A DNA stretch of 64,000 nucleotides from Octopus sinensis (GCF_006345805.1 NC_043001.1:40920001-40984000), one strand, 5' to 3'; counted from the first letter of the stretch, positions 1 to 12,322 are shown. Numbers and translations are program-made. Notes: generated from the letters alone by a model not told the origin.

Positions 1-9
1 CTTTAAAAA

Positions 10-90
<81 letters not shown>

Positions 91-92
<2 letters not shown>

Positions 93-605
93 TCATCATT
101 TAACGTCCGCTTTCCATGCTAGCATGGGTTGGACAGTTCAACTGGGGTCTGAGGAGCCCGAAGGCTGCACCAGGCCAGTCAGATCTGGCAGTGTTTCTAC
201 AGCTGGATGCCCTTCCTAACGCCAACCACTCCGAGAGTGTAGTGGGTGATTTTATGTGCCACCGACACATGTGCCAGACGAGGCTGGCGAGCGGCCACGC
301 TCGGATGGTGTTTTTTCTTTTTTTTTTATGTGCTACCGACACAGTGCCAGACGAGGCTGGCAGACGGCCACGCTCGGATGGTGTTTTTATGTGCCACCGA
401 CACAGGTGCCAGATGAGGCTGGCGAACGGCCACGATCAGATGGTGTTTGTTACGTGCCCACAGCACGGAGGCCAGTCGATGCGGTACTGGCTACAGCCAC
501 GTTCGGATGGTTTTCTTGTATGCCACCGGCACTGGTACCACAAAGATACAAATTCCATTAATGTTCATCTATTTTGATTTGATTTGATTTTGATTTTGAC
601 TTTGA
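91..605 (-). mobile_element. 3' UTR/tail fragment of the RTE LINE family, with ~61-bp internal tandem repeats
   Basis: Reverse complement matches the RTE 3' end at 4380-4553 (ttaggaagggcatccagctgtagaa...catgctagcatggaaagcggacgttaaa(tga)n). Repeat units start near 251, 325, 386, 450 and 517. Confidence 0.8.
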
Positions 606-631
606 TTATATATATATATATATATATACAC

Positions 632-663
<32 letters not shown>

Positions 664-699
664 ATGCATATATATATATATATATACCTTTTCAATATT

Positions 700-1865
700 T
701 ATGGTAAAATATGCATTAATCATTACATTCTAATGTTATTTTTTCTCCCTTTATAGATTACTTTTTACCATAATGGTTAAATTCATATCTATTTTACCCT
801 TTAAAAATGAGTTTAGATGAGACTCCCATCAGACACTGCATATTGTATGAATTCAAAAAGGGCTCTTTAGCAATGGAAACAGATAGTAGTATTTACTCTG
901 TCTACAGAAATGAAGCTTCAAGTGTTTAGCCAGTTTTGCTTGGGACATTTTTCTCTTGTAGATTTCTTTTGACCTGGATAACCAAGTTCTGTCAATATAG
1001 ATCTTTTGAAAACCATAGTTGAGGAAAATTCCCAGCAAACTACACAAGAATTAGTAAAACAATTGAAGTCACACTTTAATCATAAATCATCCTCATAAAC
1101 TAGGAAAAGTGTCTAAACTTGGTCAGTGAGGCCTTCATCATCTGACTTGTCCATTTAATCACTATGCTTATCACTGAAGAGTAGACTTGCTACTAAAGCT
1201 TCCCTAGGTAGAATCATCACAACTGATATTAAGTATGTTTTCTATAAGCATGTCTGATGAGATGAGACCAACAATGGTTAGCACTCAATGAAAAAGGAGA
1301 ATTTATCCCCAAACCAGGACAATACCCAAAAATATAATTATGCTCTGTGATTAGTGAGATATGAAGGATGTCATATACCATAAAGTATTAAGCCAAAATG
1401 AAAGTTGACGTGAAGAATTATTTTTGTCAATTGGAAGCATTATACAAAAATTAGTGGAAAAAGTGCTAGTCATAAAAGAGTGTTGCTATTTACATGATAA
1501 TGTAGGACCACATATTGCCCAAGTCATTTAGGAAAAGATTATGGCATTGAGTATGAAAGTGTTACCTCATCCTCCTTACACTCCTGCCTTTGATCCAACA
1601 ATCATCTTTTCAGGTCATAGCAAGATTATTTAGAGGGAAAATAGTTTATTAATGTTGAAGAGGTTAAAAATGATATTCAGTGTATCTATGCTTTGAAACC
1701 CAAGGAATTTTATACCTGAGAGATTAACAAGTTTCCAAATAGATGGGATTATGTTAAAAATAATGAAAGTAAATATTATCTCAATTAAATATATCAATTA
1801 AAACCATAAAAGTATTTGTTTCTTTCCCATTTTGAAATATGAATGGACTTTCTATCCACTCACTG
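700..1865 (+). mobile_element. Decayed mariner (Tc1/mariner DD34D) transposon
   Basis: Frameshifted remnants of mariner motifs: IRHC.LYEFKKG (~830), GQ*.PHHL like WVPHEL (~1121), LGRIITTDIKYVFY (~1205), LHDNVGPHIA (~1490), VLPHPPYTP like YSPDLAP (~1560). Element ends are approximate. Confidence 0.85.
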
Positions 1866-2084
1866 CACTTTTCATTACCTTAAGCATTGAAGAGCCACAA
1901 GAGCACATCATTTCCATTATCAATCTCTTTGCAACTTTTACAAATCATTCTACCCCTCTTCTACTAAGTGTGAGTACCCATGTAGCTCTTCTACAAGAAC
2001 CTGCAGTGCATCCCTCCCCAGCTGCCATTTTACATACTTTAACCCCTCATCCCCTAACATAAAGCAGAACCTCACTACCTTGAA

Positions 2085-2280
2085 CTTTGTAGTTTTGTGA
2101 GCTACTTCACAACTTCAGTAGTGCTGGCAGCATGGAAAAAGCACCCAGTACATACTATGCACTAAAAAGGGCATCCAAGTGATAGAATTTATACAAAACT
2201 CGTCTTTGAATCCATCAGATTCTATCAAACTTTCCAATCTATGCCAGCATGGAACTTGGAGATCAGATGGTAATGATGAT
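2085..2280 (+). mobile_element. Degraded RTE-type 3' tail fragment
   Basis: aaaaagcacccagtacatact...gggcatcc...ccaatctatgccagcatggaa...gatgat resembles 4380-4553. Confidence 0.55.
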
Positions 2281-2508
2281 TGCACACACACACATGCACA
2301 CAGGTATATATATGCATGTGTGTGTATGCAAGGTATAACAACATCTGAAAGTCTGGTCGATGCAGGTGAGCATCATCATCATCATTCAGCATCTGTTTTC
2401 CATGCTGGCATGGGTTTCATATATGTATATATACACACACATATCAATATATATATATATATACACACACATATCGATATGTATATATATATATATACAT
2501 ATATACAC

Positions 2509-4553
2509 AAAGGTAAAGGTGACACTTTAGATACAAATAATTACAGAGGTATCAAGTTGTTGAATTAGGTAATGAAGGCCATGGAGAGGATCATAGCCCA
2601 AATAATTAGGTAGAGAGTCAGTGTAGATGAGGTGCAGTTTGGTTTCGTGCCAGGGAAAAGCACCACTGAAGCTATATTTCTGGTAAGATAGCTGCAGGAG
2701 AAATACCTACCCAAAGACAAACCTCTGTACCTAGCTTTCATTGACGCAGAGAAAGCCTTTGACAGGGTCCCCCGATCCCTTATCTGGTGGTCAGTGAGAA
2801 AACTAGGGATAGATGAATAGTTAGTGAGAGCTGTGCAAGCCATGTACAGGGATGCCGTCAGTAAGATGAGGGTTGGCAACGAGTACAGTGAAGAATTCCA
2901 GGTAGAGGTAGGGGTCCACCAAGGTTCAGTCCACAGCCCCCTCCTATTTATCATAGTCCTTCAGGCAATAACAGAGGAATTCAAAACAGGATGCCCCTGG
3001 AAGCTCCTCTATGCGGATGACCTTGCTCTAATTGCTGAATCACTATCAGAACTAGAGGAGAAGTTTCGGGTGTGGAAACAAGGATTAGAATCAAAGGTCC
3101 TTAGAGTCAACTTGGCTAAAACCAAAGTCCTAATAAGTAGGAAGGCAGGCAAATCACAAATCCCTTCAGGTAGATGGCCCTGCTCGATCTGTAGAAAAGG
3201 CATAGATAGAAACTCTATAAGATGTACCCAGTGTAAGCTATGGACACATAAGAGGTGCAGCAATATCAAAGGAAGGCTAACTGGGAAGATAGTTTTTGTA
3301 TGTGGCAGATGCTCAGGAGCAATAAACACTGAAAATGTGCAGAGAACAACTTCTGCCACATTCCAAGGAGAAAAACTAGAAGTAGTTGATAGCTTCTGTT
3401 ACCTAGGTGACCAAGTCAGTAGTGGAGGTGGGGGCTCTGAAAGAATAAGAATAGCTTGGGCAAAGTTCAGAGAGCTCTTACCTCTGCTAGTGAAAAAGGG
3501 CCTCTCACTCAGATTAAAAGGTAGACTATATGACGCATGTGTACAAACAGCCATGCTACATGGCGGTGAAACATGGACCATGACTGATGAGGACATGTGT
3601 AAGCTCGCAGGGAACGAAGCCAGTATGCTCCACTGGATGAGTAATGCCAGTGTGCATACACGACAGAGTATAAATGCCTTGAGAGAAAAGTTGGACCTAA
3701 GAAGCATCAGATGTGGTGTGCAAGAGAGACGACTGCGCTGGTACGGTCATGTGGTGAGAATGAATGAGGATAGCTGTGTGTAAAAGTGTCACACCCTAGC
3801 AGTTGAGGAAACCTGTGGAAGAATTAGATCCAGAAAGACCTGGGATGATGTGGTGAAGCATGACCTTTGAGCCTTAGGCTTCACAGAGGCAATGACAAGT
3901 GACCAAGACCTTTGGAAATATGCTGTGCTTGAGAAGACCCAGCAAGTCGAGTGAGACCATTACCTGTGGCCTATGCCAGTAGTGTAACCAGCCCACTTAT
4001 GCGTACCTTTCCTACATTGGACACAAAACTCTACTTGTGAAGATCTGTTGAGGCAAGTGAAATAAAAATTGAAATCGAAATCAAATTCAATGACAACACT
4101 GCATGACTGGCATCCATGCCAGTAGAGCACTATGAGCACCATCTGAGCGTGATCGTTGCTAGGGCCGCTGACTGGCTCCCATGCCAATGATGTGTAAAAC
4201 ACACCATTCATGCATGATCATAACCAGCACCGCCTTACTGGCACGTAAAAAACAACATTTGAGCGAGGTCATTGCCAATGCCGTTGGAATGCCTCCTGTG
4301 CAGGTCACATGTAAAAACACCATTTGAGCATGGCTGTTGCCAGTACCACTGACTGGCCCTCATGCCAGTGGCACGTAAAAGCGCCCACTACACTCTCAGA
4401 GTGGTTGGTGTTAGGAAGGGCATCCAGCTGTAGAACCTCTGCTACATTAGATTAGAGACTGGTGCAGCCATCCGGCTTGCCACTCCTCAGTCAAACCATC
4501 CAACTCATGCCAGTATGGAAAGTGGACATTAAACGATGATGATGATGATGATG
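2509..4553 (+). mobile_element. 5'-truncated RTE-clade LINE: RT pseudogene 2509-~3954, 3' UTR, (GAT)n tail
   Basis: KGKGD..NYRGIKLL, QFGFVPGKSTT, FIDAEKAFDRVPR, GVHQGS..SPLLF, LLYADD, FCYLG and RRLRWYGHV motifs, interrupted by in-frame stops. Ends in ttaaacgatgatgat. Flanked by TA-rich microsatellite. Confidence 0.95.
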
Positions 4554-4652
4554 ATATATATATATCTCAATGTGTATATATATATATATTATATATCAAT
4601 GTATATATAAACATATATATCAATATATATATAACATATATATATATATATG

Positions 4653-4870
4653 TGAAGGTGCGTGGCTTAGTGGTTAGGGCATTTGGTTCATGATTGTAAG
4701 GTCGTGAATTCAATTCCCAGGGACACGTGTCCTTGAACAAAACACTTAATTTCACGTTGCTCCAGTCCACTCAGCTGGCTGTGGAGTGCTCAGCCACTTA
4801 ATTTCACGAGCAAGCTGTTATGCTGATCATATCAGCTGGGACCCTCGTCGTCGTAACTGACGGAGTGTGC
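4653..4870 (+). mobile_element. tRNA-derived SINE
   Basis: A box tggcttagtgg and B-box-like aattcaattcc, followed by gtgtccttgaacaaaacactt..ttgctccagtccactcagctg, a core shared with 8727. Confidence 0.75.
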
Positions 4871-4920
<50 letters not shown>

Positions 4921-5239
4921 GGTGGTGCCCCGCATGGCCGTGGCCTTCGGGATAAAACATTTTTAAGGATTTAAGGATATAATATATATATATATATCAA
5001 TGTATGTATATATTATATATATCAATGATATGTATATATATATATATAATCAATTTATATATATATATATCAATTTAATATATATATATCAATCTATTAT
5101 ATATATATCAATCTATATATATATACATATCAATCTATATATATACATATCAATCTATATATATACATATCAATGTATATATATATATCAATGTGTATAT
5201 ATATATATATATATGTGTATATATATATATATATTTTTT

Positions 5240-5460
5240 TTGTACTTGTTTCAGTCATTTCGACTGCGGCCATGCTGGAGCACCGCCTTTTAGAGTGGTG
5301 AAAGAGTACAGCAGGGATCACCACCATCCCCTGCCGGAGCCTCGTGGAGCTTTTAGGTGTTTTCGCTCAATAAACACATACAACGCCCGGTCTGGGAATC
5401 GAAACCGCGATCCTCCGACCGCAAGTCCGCTGCCCTAACCACTGGGCCATTGCGCCTCCA
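5240..5460 (-). mobile_element. tRNA-derived SINE (ggaggcgcaatggcccagtgg head) with CR1-type tail
   Basis: Head shared with 39413 and 61023. Tail ggcggtgctccagcatggccgcagtc..gactgaaacaag resembles the CR1 3' end at ~46605. Confidence 0.85.
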
Positions 5461-5524
5461 TATATATATATGATTGATTGATTGATTCCAGTTTCAGCTC
5501 ATGAGCTGTGGCATGCTGGGGCAT

Positions 5525-5734
5525 ATTATATATATATATATATATATATACTACATTGATATACATATATATATACATTATATATATATATATATATAAT
5601 ATACTACATTGACATACATATATATATATACATATATATTATATATATATGTATATATATATATATATATATACTACATTGATATATAATATATATATAT
5701 TATACAACATTGATAATACTATATATATACATAT

Positions 5735-5766
<32 letters not shown>

Positions 5767-6172
5767 CATTGATATACATATTATATAATATAATATATAT
5801 ATATACATTAATATATATATACTACATTGATATACATATATATATACATATAATATATATATATATATAATATTATATATATATATATATATATATACTA
5901 CATTGATATACAATATATATACATATATATATATACTACATTGATATACATATATATACATATATATATATACTACATTGATATACATATATATACTACA
6001 TTGATATACATATATACATATTATATATATATATACTACATTGATATACATATATATACAATATATATATATTACTACATTGATATACATATATATCTAT
6101 ATATATATATATATACTACATTGATATACATATATATACATATATATATATATATATACTACATTGATATAC

Positions 6173-6209
<37 letters not shown>

Positions 6210-6217
6210 ACATTGAT

Positions 6218-6256
<39 letters not shown>

Positions 6257-6318
6257 ACATTGATATACATATATATACATATATATATTATATATATATA
6301 GATACTACATTGATATAC

Positions 6319-6349
<31 letters not shown>

Positions 6350-6502
6350 CTACATTGATATACATATATATACATATCTATATATATATATATATACTAT
6401 ATATAATATATATATACTACATTGATATACATATATATATACATTATATATATATTATACATATTTATATTATATATACTACATTGATTACATATTATAT
6501 AC

Positions 6503-6548
<46 letters not shown>

Positions 6549-6714
6549 TATATACTACATGATATACATATATATACATATATATATATACTACATTGAT
6601 ATAATATATATACATATATATATATACTAACATGATATACATATATATACATATATTATACTACATTGATATACATATATATACATATATATATATATTA
6701 ACACAATGATATAC

Positions 6715-6762
<48 letters not shown>

Positions 6763-6821
6763 TACATTGATATACATATATATACATATATATATATTAT
6801 ATATATAATACATTGATATAC

Positions 6822-6854
<33 letters not shown>

Positions 6855-6987
6855 CTATATTGATATACATATATATCACATATATATATATATATATATT
6901 ATATATACTACATATATATACATATATATATATATATATTACTACATATATATACATATATAATATATATATATATATATATACTAC

Positions 6988-7018
<31 letters not shown>

Positions 7019-7076
7019 CTACATATATTACATATATATATATATATATACTACATTGATATACATATATATACAT

Positions 7077-7108
<32 letters not shown>
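5525..7108. repeat. TA-rich compound minisatellite with recurring ctacattgatatacat anchor
   Basis: Dozens of tactacattgatatacat units separated by (TA)n of variable length. Confidence 0.9.
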
Positions 7109-7109
<1 letters not shown>

Positions 7110-7332
7110 GGTGGCACATGGCCTAGTGGTCAGAGCAGCGGACTCACGGTCAAGGGATCGCTGGTTCAAATCTCAGACCGGTTGACGTGTGTGTTTATGA
7201 GCGAAACACATAAGCTCCATGCGGCTCCAACAGAAGGTAATGGAGAACTTCTGCTGACTCTTTCGCCACAACTTTCTCTCGCTCTTTCCTCCTGCATCTT
7301 GCAGTTCACCTGCGAAGGACCAGTGTCCCGTC
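7110..7332 (+). mobile_element. tRNA-derived SINE related to the 5240/39413/61023 family
   Basis: tggcctagtggtcagagcagcggact..ggttcaaatc head; body ctctttcgccacaactttctctc shared with ~39565 and ~61176. Confidence 0.8.
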
Positions 7333-7372
7333 AATATATAGCATAAATATATATATGTACATATATATATAG

Positions 7373-7429
<57 letters not shown>

Positions 7430-7743
7430 CAATGTATGTATATATGGATAATATCAATGTATGTATATATATGTATATATTCATGTATATATATATATAT
7501 GTATATATAATGTACATATATATATATGTATATATACATGTACATATATATATGTATATATACATGTATATATGGATATATATCAATGTATGTATATATA
7601 TATGTATATATATCAATGTATATATATATATGTATATATACATGTACATATATATATGTATATATACATGTATATATATCAATGTATGTATCTATCTATA
7701 TATATATATATATATATATATATTAATATATATATAATATGTG

Positions 7744-7775
<32 letters not shown>

Positions 7776-7849
7776 AATGTGTATTTATATACATCAATGT
7801 GTGTGTGTGTGTGTGTATCAAGACAGAAGACTGGTTAAGTTTGGTTTAT

Positions 7850-8215
7850 GTTTATGAATTTTCAATTGTTATGTAATGTTACGTATCTCTCATTCAAAAT
7901 AAAATATCTATATACAAACAGTTCATTAATGTGAGAATGCAGATGTGTTTCACTGGAATTTCAACATCAACAACAGGGTGTTTTAGTTCGAATGTATGTA
8001 TATGTGCAGATTTTTATGTTTTGTTTTATTTATGTTGCATATCTAGAGATACTCATATATACTTAAATTACAAACTTTTGGAAAGTTTTACAGAATTTTA
8101 CAGTTCCACTGATGGCTTGGGTCTGTAGTCTTCGAATCAGCTTTCTCGTTTCTGGTTTTGAGAAGCGTACCTTCTCAAGATTGGTATTTAATCAATGTGT
8201 TACATATTCCAGTGC
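7850..8215 (-). mobile_element. 3' fragment of an R4/Dong-like (REL endonuclease) non-LTR element
   Basis: Reverse complement aligns by eye to 15550-15930 (taccaatcttgagaa..gaagactacag..ggaactgtaaaa; accctgttgttgat.ttgaaattcca). Confidence 0.7.
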
Positions 8216-8245
8216 CCCACTAATTACATGTATGTATTATGGGTT

Positions 8246-8585
8246 CAGGTGTGGCTATGTGGTTAAGAAGCTTGCTTCCTAACCATGAGGTCTTGGATTC
8301 ATGTATATATATTTGTGTGCATATACTTGTGTATGTATATGATATGTATATGAAGCCACGTCTAGACATCACATGATGATTGTAAATGAGCATGATCATC
8401 ATACAAGCTAGGTTGTTCCTTTGGAGTCTTCTAGGAAAAACATATCTGGTCATGGGGAAATATTACCATTTTGGAAACAGATGAGGGTTAATGAGAAGTG
8501 GGCACCAGGTTTCTTCCAAACCCACCTCATCAAATTCTGCTTGAATCATTCAAGCATCAAAAGGTGGATGTTAAACGATGATTAT
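8246..8585 (+). mobile_element. OK-like tRNA-derived SINE with RTE-type tail
   Basis: gtggctatgtggttaagaagcttgcttcctaacca head; ends ggatgttaaacgatgat. Same layout as 22012-22493. Confidence 0.7.
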
Positions 8586-8726
8586 GCTATGTAAATATAT
8601 GTATGTTGACCCTAACACCTCATCAAGACTATTGTTTTATCGCTTTCCAGCTCTTAGCATTCTCTTGGACTCTAAAAGGTGAGTAATCAGGAAGCTCCCC
8701 TACAGCAAGAAAGCTGTCCTGCTCTG

Positions 8727-8965
8727 TGGAGGTGTGTGACTTACTGGTTAAGCTGTTGGACTCACAATCATAAGATTGTGGTTTCGATTCCTGGACCGGG
8801 CAACACGTTGTGCTCTTGAGCAAAACACTTCATTTTAAATTGGTCCAGTCCACTCAGCTGGCAAAAATGAGTAATCCTGCAACAGACCAGTGTCCCATCC
8901 AAGTAGGGAATTTATACACTACAGAAACCAGCCCTTGTGAGTCGGTGTGACTCGAGGAGGTAACT
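8727..8965 (+). mobile_element. tRNA-derived SINE
   Basis: B box ggtttcgattcc; core cttgagcaaaacactt...ccagtccactcagctg shared with 4653. Confidence 0.75.
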
Positions 8966-9039
8966 TTTTTTTTTACTTTTCTGCTCCTGCTCTGTTCTCT
9001 CACACTTTATCCCACTCTACTCCTCCTCTCCTACTATAA

Positions 9040-9246
9040 AGTTACATGGTGACCTTACAAGTGCTCGTGACATGAAAAAATACCCAGTACACACTCTAAA
9101 GCAGTTGGCATTGGGAAGGGCATTCAGCTGTAGGTACCATGCCAGAGAAAACACTGGAGCATAAAGTAGTCCTTGGACCCATCAGATCCTGTCAAACCAT
9201 CCAACCCATTCCAGCATGAAACAGGCATTAAATGACGATGATGATA
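9040..9246 (+). mobile_element. RTE-type 3' tail fragment
   Basis: ttggcattgggaagggcattcagctgtag...ccatccaacccattccagcatgaaa...ttaaatgacgatgatgat. Confidence 0.7.
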
Positions 9247-9308
9247 AACAATGGTGTCTTTTATCTTTTACTTTTTTATCTTCTCCCTCCATATTTTTAA
9301 GAGGTTGT

Positions 9309-9396
9309 GGGCCAACAGGTTTTGGGATCTGACGATACGCCATAAAGCTAAGCCCTTTATGGACGGGAAACCTAAGGTAATTCCATAAACCGGCCT
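9309..9396 (+). ncRNA. Type I hammerhead ribozyme motif with extended, bulged stem I
   Basis: GGGAU-CUGACGA (9329-35), stem II CCAUAAAG/CUUUAUGG, GAAA (9367-70), stem III ACC-UAA-GGU, cleavage triplet GUA (9377-79), then AUUCC. Stem I continues GGUUUU/AUAAACC and GGGCC/GGCCU around an AACA bulge. Confidence 0.75.
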
Positions 9397-9402
9397 TCCC
9401 CA

Positions 9403-9447
<45 letters not shown>

Positions 9448-9659
9448 TACACACACGTCTATGTATGTATACACATAAGTACACATATATATATATATAT
9501 ATACATAGATGTATATATGTGTAAACATATATGTATACACGCACAGATACATACACAGGTATACATATACAAATATACACATAGATATACAAACATTTAT
9601 ACTGATTTTGACAGAAGGAAACAAATTCATAGATATATACATAAATGTAGATACACTGA

Positions 9660-10283
9660 CACACATATACATCCGTAAAAGAGAGGGCGGGAAAGGGAGA
9701 GAAAGAGATCGGGGTGAGTCAAGGATTCGTCTCGAAGATTGTAATGCATAGCAAAGCTTCAATGAGCTCCTGTTATACATCCATAGCAACAGATCAATTC
9801 TCGGGTAATAGGTTGAAAAAGGTGGGGTTCAAAGGTAAGTCGATACAGTTGAGCAATGAAGCCATGCAGAGGTTGTTAGACCTTTATCTAGCTGCACGTT
9901 CGATTCTTGAACATACACAAAATACACCTAAACATTATTAGTTTAGCGATTTAATTTAACGGGAAAATCAACACATCCAGTTGGTGCACGAACTTATTCC
10001 CTATCGTTGTTCATATTAATGATTTACCGTCGTAATTAATATCTCTTTCTTGCATTGGTATGAAGCGAATGTTCTTTAGAGGGAGTGGGTGGAATGTAAT
10101 GACTAGGATATAGTGATATGGCTCCAACGAGGGATTGAACCGGAATCGTGGATGATGCTCGCCGGCAGCTTTCCTTCGGCGAATTGACTTTGTCTTTCCG
10201 GGTTCTATTACACGATTACGAGAAATAATTTACTAAAAATCTAAATAGAACTATGATACATATAAGCGCGTCGCATTGTGTGT

Positions 10284-10322
<39 letters not shown>

Positions 10323-11509
10323 CACACATTAGACAGGCTAATTTTATAGGATTTCTGGTGTAAGATTGTATAAAAAGGAAACAAACATGACTTGAGAAGA
10401 AGTGAAAGGGGACAGAAAAATAAGCAGATTATCTTCAATGTATTACAAATTGGAGGACCAGTTTGTAACACATAGAATATCATAATTTGTTCCCCCAGTT
10501 TGTAACCATATAGTAGCCGACGTCTATCAATTAACGTTACGGCAAATATACTCAGACACGTCTACACACACAAACATACGCATACAATAGTCAATTTAGC
10601 GTATCAGTCATCGACTATAAGCTACACCGTGACCGATGCTGAAAAACTCAGTCACCAGAGCATAAAGTTTCTCCGTGAAAAATAGGAAATTACATTTCAC
10701 TGCATAACCCATACAAAACGACGATCTTGTTTTGGATTTAAAAACAAATTATGGTGGTGATAATGATGATGATCTTGATTAGAGATGATGTTAAAGAAAC
10801 AATATGTATTCGTATAGAAACAGTGACAGTATGACACACACATACAAACACATATTCAAATATATATATGCATGAGTATGTTTATTAAAATCGAGAAGAG
10901 GGAAAGGTAGAAAATATGTAACAATTGCTTTTATATTTATTAATTTTCGTAGAATGACTGAGAGTAAAGATAAGAAAAGAGTAGTTGGTAAGAAAGTTGA
11001 CTATCTTGGATAGGAATAGATAGCATAAATCGGTTAATGGTGTGGCTTTTGATGAGAAAATAATATCGCAAGAACAGAGATTTACCTGGTTCCTTGTCTT
11101 TTCTGTGAGTCATCAGCAGTATCCACGGTAGCCATTTAGTCCTCCTGTGTTTGGGTTTTAGAGTTTGTTGAAGAAGAATTATGAGAGAATATGACAGGGC
11201 AGATGTCTGAACTAAAGATCAGCTAAATAAAGAGAGAGAGAGGGAGGGGCGGAAATGAAAGACTAAGATGGATAGATTGAGGGTGAGGCGCAGGCAGAGA
11301 TAGACTGATAAATTAATTGAAAGCAAGGGAGTGACAGCTAATGCGCGTATCTATCAAGACGAGTTCCTGGTTCGCTCTCTCACTCACTAAACGTAGAATT
11401 GGTGTTTGTATCTGTGTGTGAGTATGCGTGGATGTCATTACGCACACATACATACATTCATACATATATACATACATACATACATACCTACACACATACA
11501 TACATACAT

Positions 11510-11561
<52 letters not shown>

Positions 11562-11760
11562 TACATACATATATATATATATAAATAAAATTCATCCTTT
11601 TCTACATTCAAGAATATGTGTATTGATTTCCTAGTCAGGCAGTTTTTCGAATGCAAGAGGAGATTACGACATTCTGTGACATTCATGCCTTTCTCTCTCG
11701 TTAATCACCGTAAATAATATTGCTACAAGGGAGGATCGAAACAGAACCACAGTCGTTTAA
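9660..11760. promoter_or_regulatory. CpG-retaining, TE-free, promoter-like region
   Basis: Visibly more CG dinucleotides than the flanking unique DNA. GC box plus ETS-like ggggcggaaatg at ~11246, gggcgg at ~9684, gcgc motifs, and several strong splice donors. Confidence 0.45.
11086..11135 (-). CDS. Putative first coding exon (MATVDTADDSQKRQGT), product unknown
   Basis: aaATGG start context, 50 nt open, ends at a CAG|GTAAAT donor, just downstream of the GC/ETS motifs. No homology recognised. Confidence 0.3.
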
Positions 11761-11861
11761 TGGAAATCTTTCTGATATAAATTCGTTTTGAATATCTTTT
11801 TAGTTAAATATAACATGTAAAGAATTATATATGCGTGTATCTCTCTTTCTCTTTATATATA

Positions 11862-12212
11862 TCTTTTACTCGTTTCAATCATTAGATTGCGGCTATGCTG
11901 GGGCACCGCCTTGAAGTATTTTCAGTCGAATGACTCGACCCTACTACTTATTTTTTTGAAGACTGGTACTTATTCTTTCGGTTTCTTTTGCCGAACCGTC
12001 AGGTTTCGGGGACGTAAACACACCAACACCGGTTGGCAAGCGGTGGTGGAGGACAAACACGGATACACACATATACTCGACGGGCTTTCACCAAATTCCC
12101 TCACAAGGATTTGATCAGCCCAAAGCTATAATAAAAGACATTTGCCCAAGGTTCCACGCAGTGGGACTGAACCCGGAACTATGTGGTTGGGAAACAAGCC
12201 ACGTCGGCGCCG
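11862..12212 (-). mobile_element. OK-like SINE with CR1-type tail
   Basis: Reverse complement: ttcccaaccacatagttccgggttcagtcccactgcgtggaaccttgggcaaatgtc...ataagtaccag...aaggcggtgccccagcatagccgca. Confidence 0.85.
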
Positions 12213-12234
12213 TATGTGTTTGTTAAAATGGGGA

Positions 12235-12322
12235 AGGCCGGTTTATGGGATTATCTTAGGTTTCCGTCCATAAAGGATTTGGCTTTATGTCATATCATCA
12301 GATCCCAAAAACCTGTTGACCC
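12235..12322 (-). ncRNA. Second copy of the type I hammerhead motif (stem III damaged)
   Basis: Reverse complement: GGGAU-CUGAUGA-uaugaCAUAAAG ccaaauc CUUUAUG gacg-GAAA-CCUAAGAU-A-AUCCC. Homologous to 9309-9396. Confidence 0.65.

Noticed and set aside
5649-7838. Many ORFs of YI, MYVC or HT repeats (also at 11.3, 33, 37, 48, 50 and 62-63 kb)
   Set aside because: They are translations of stop-free microsatellites, not genes.
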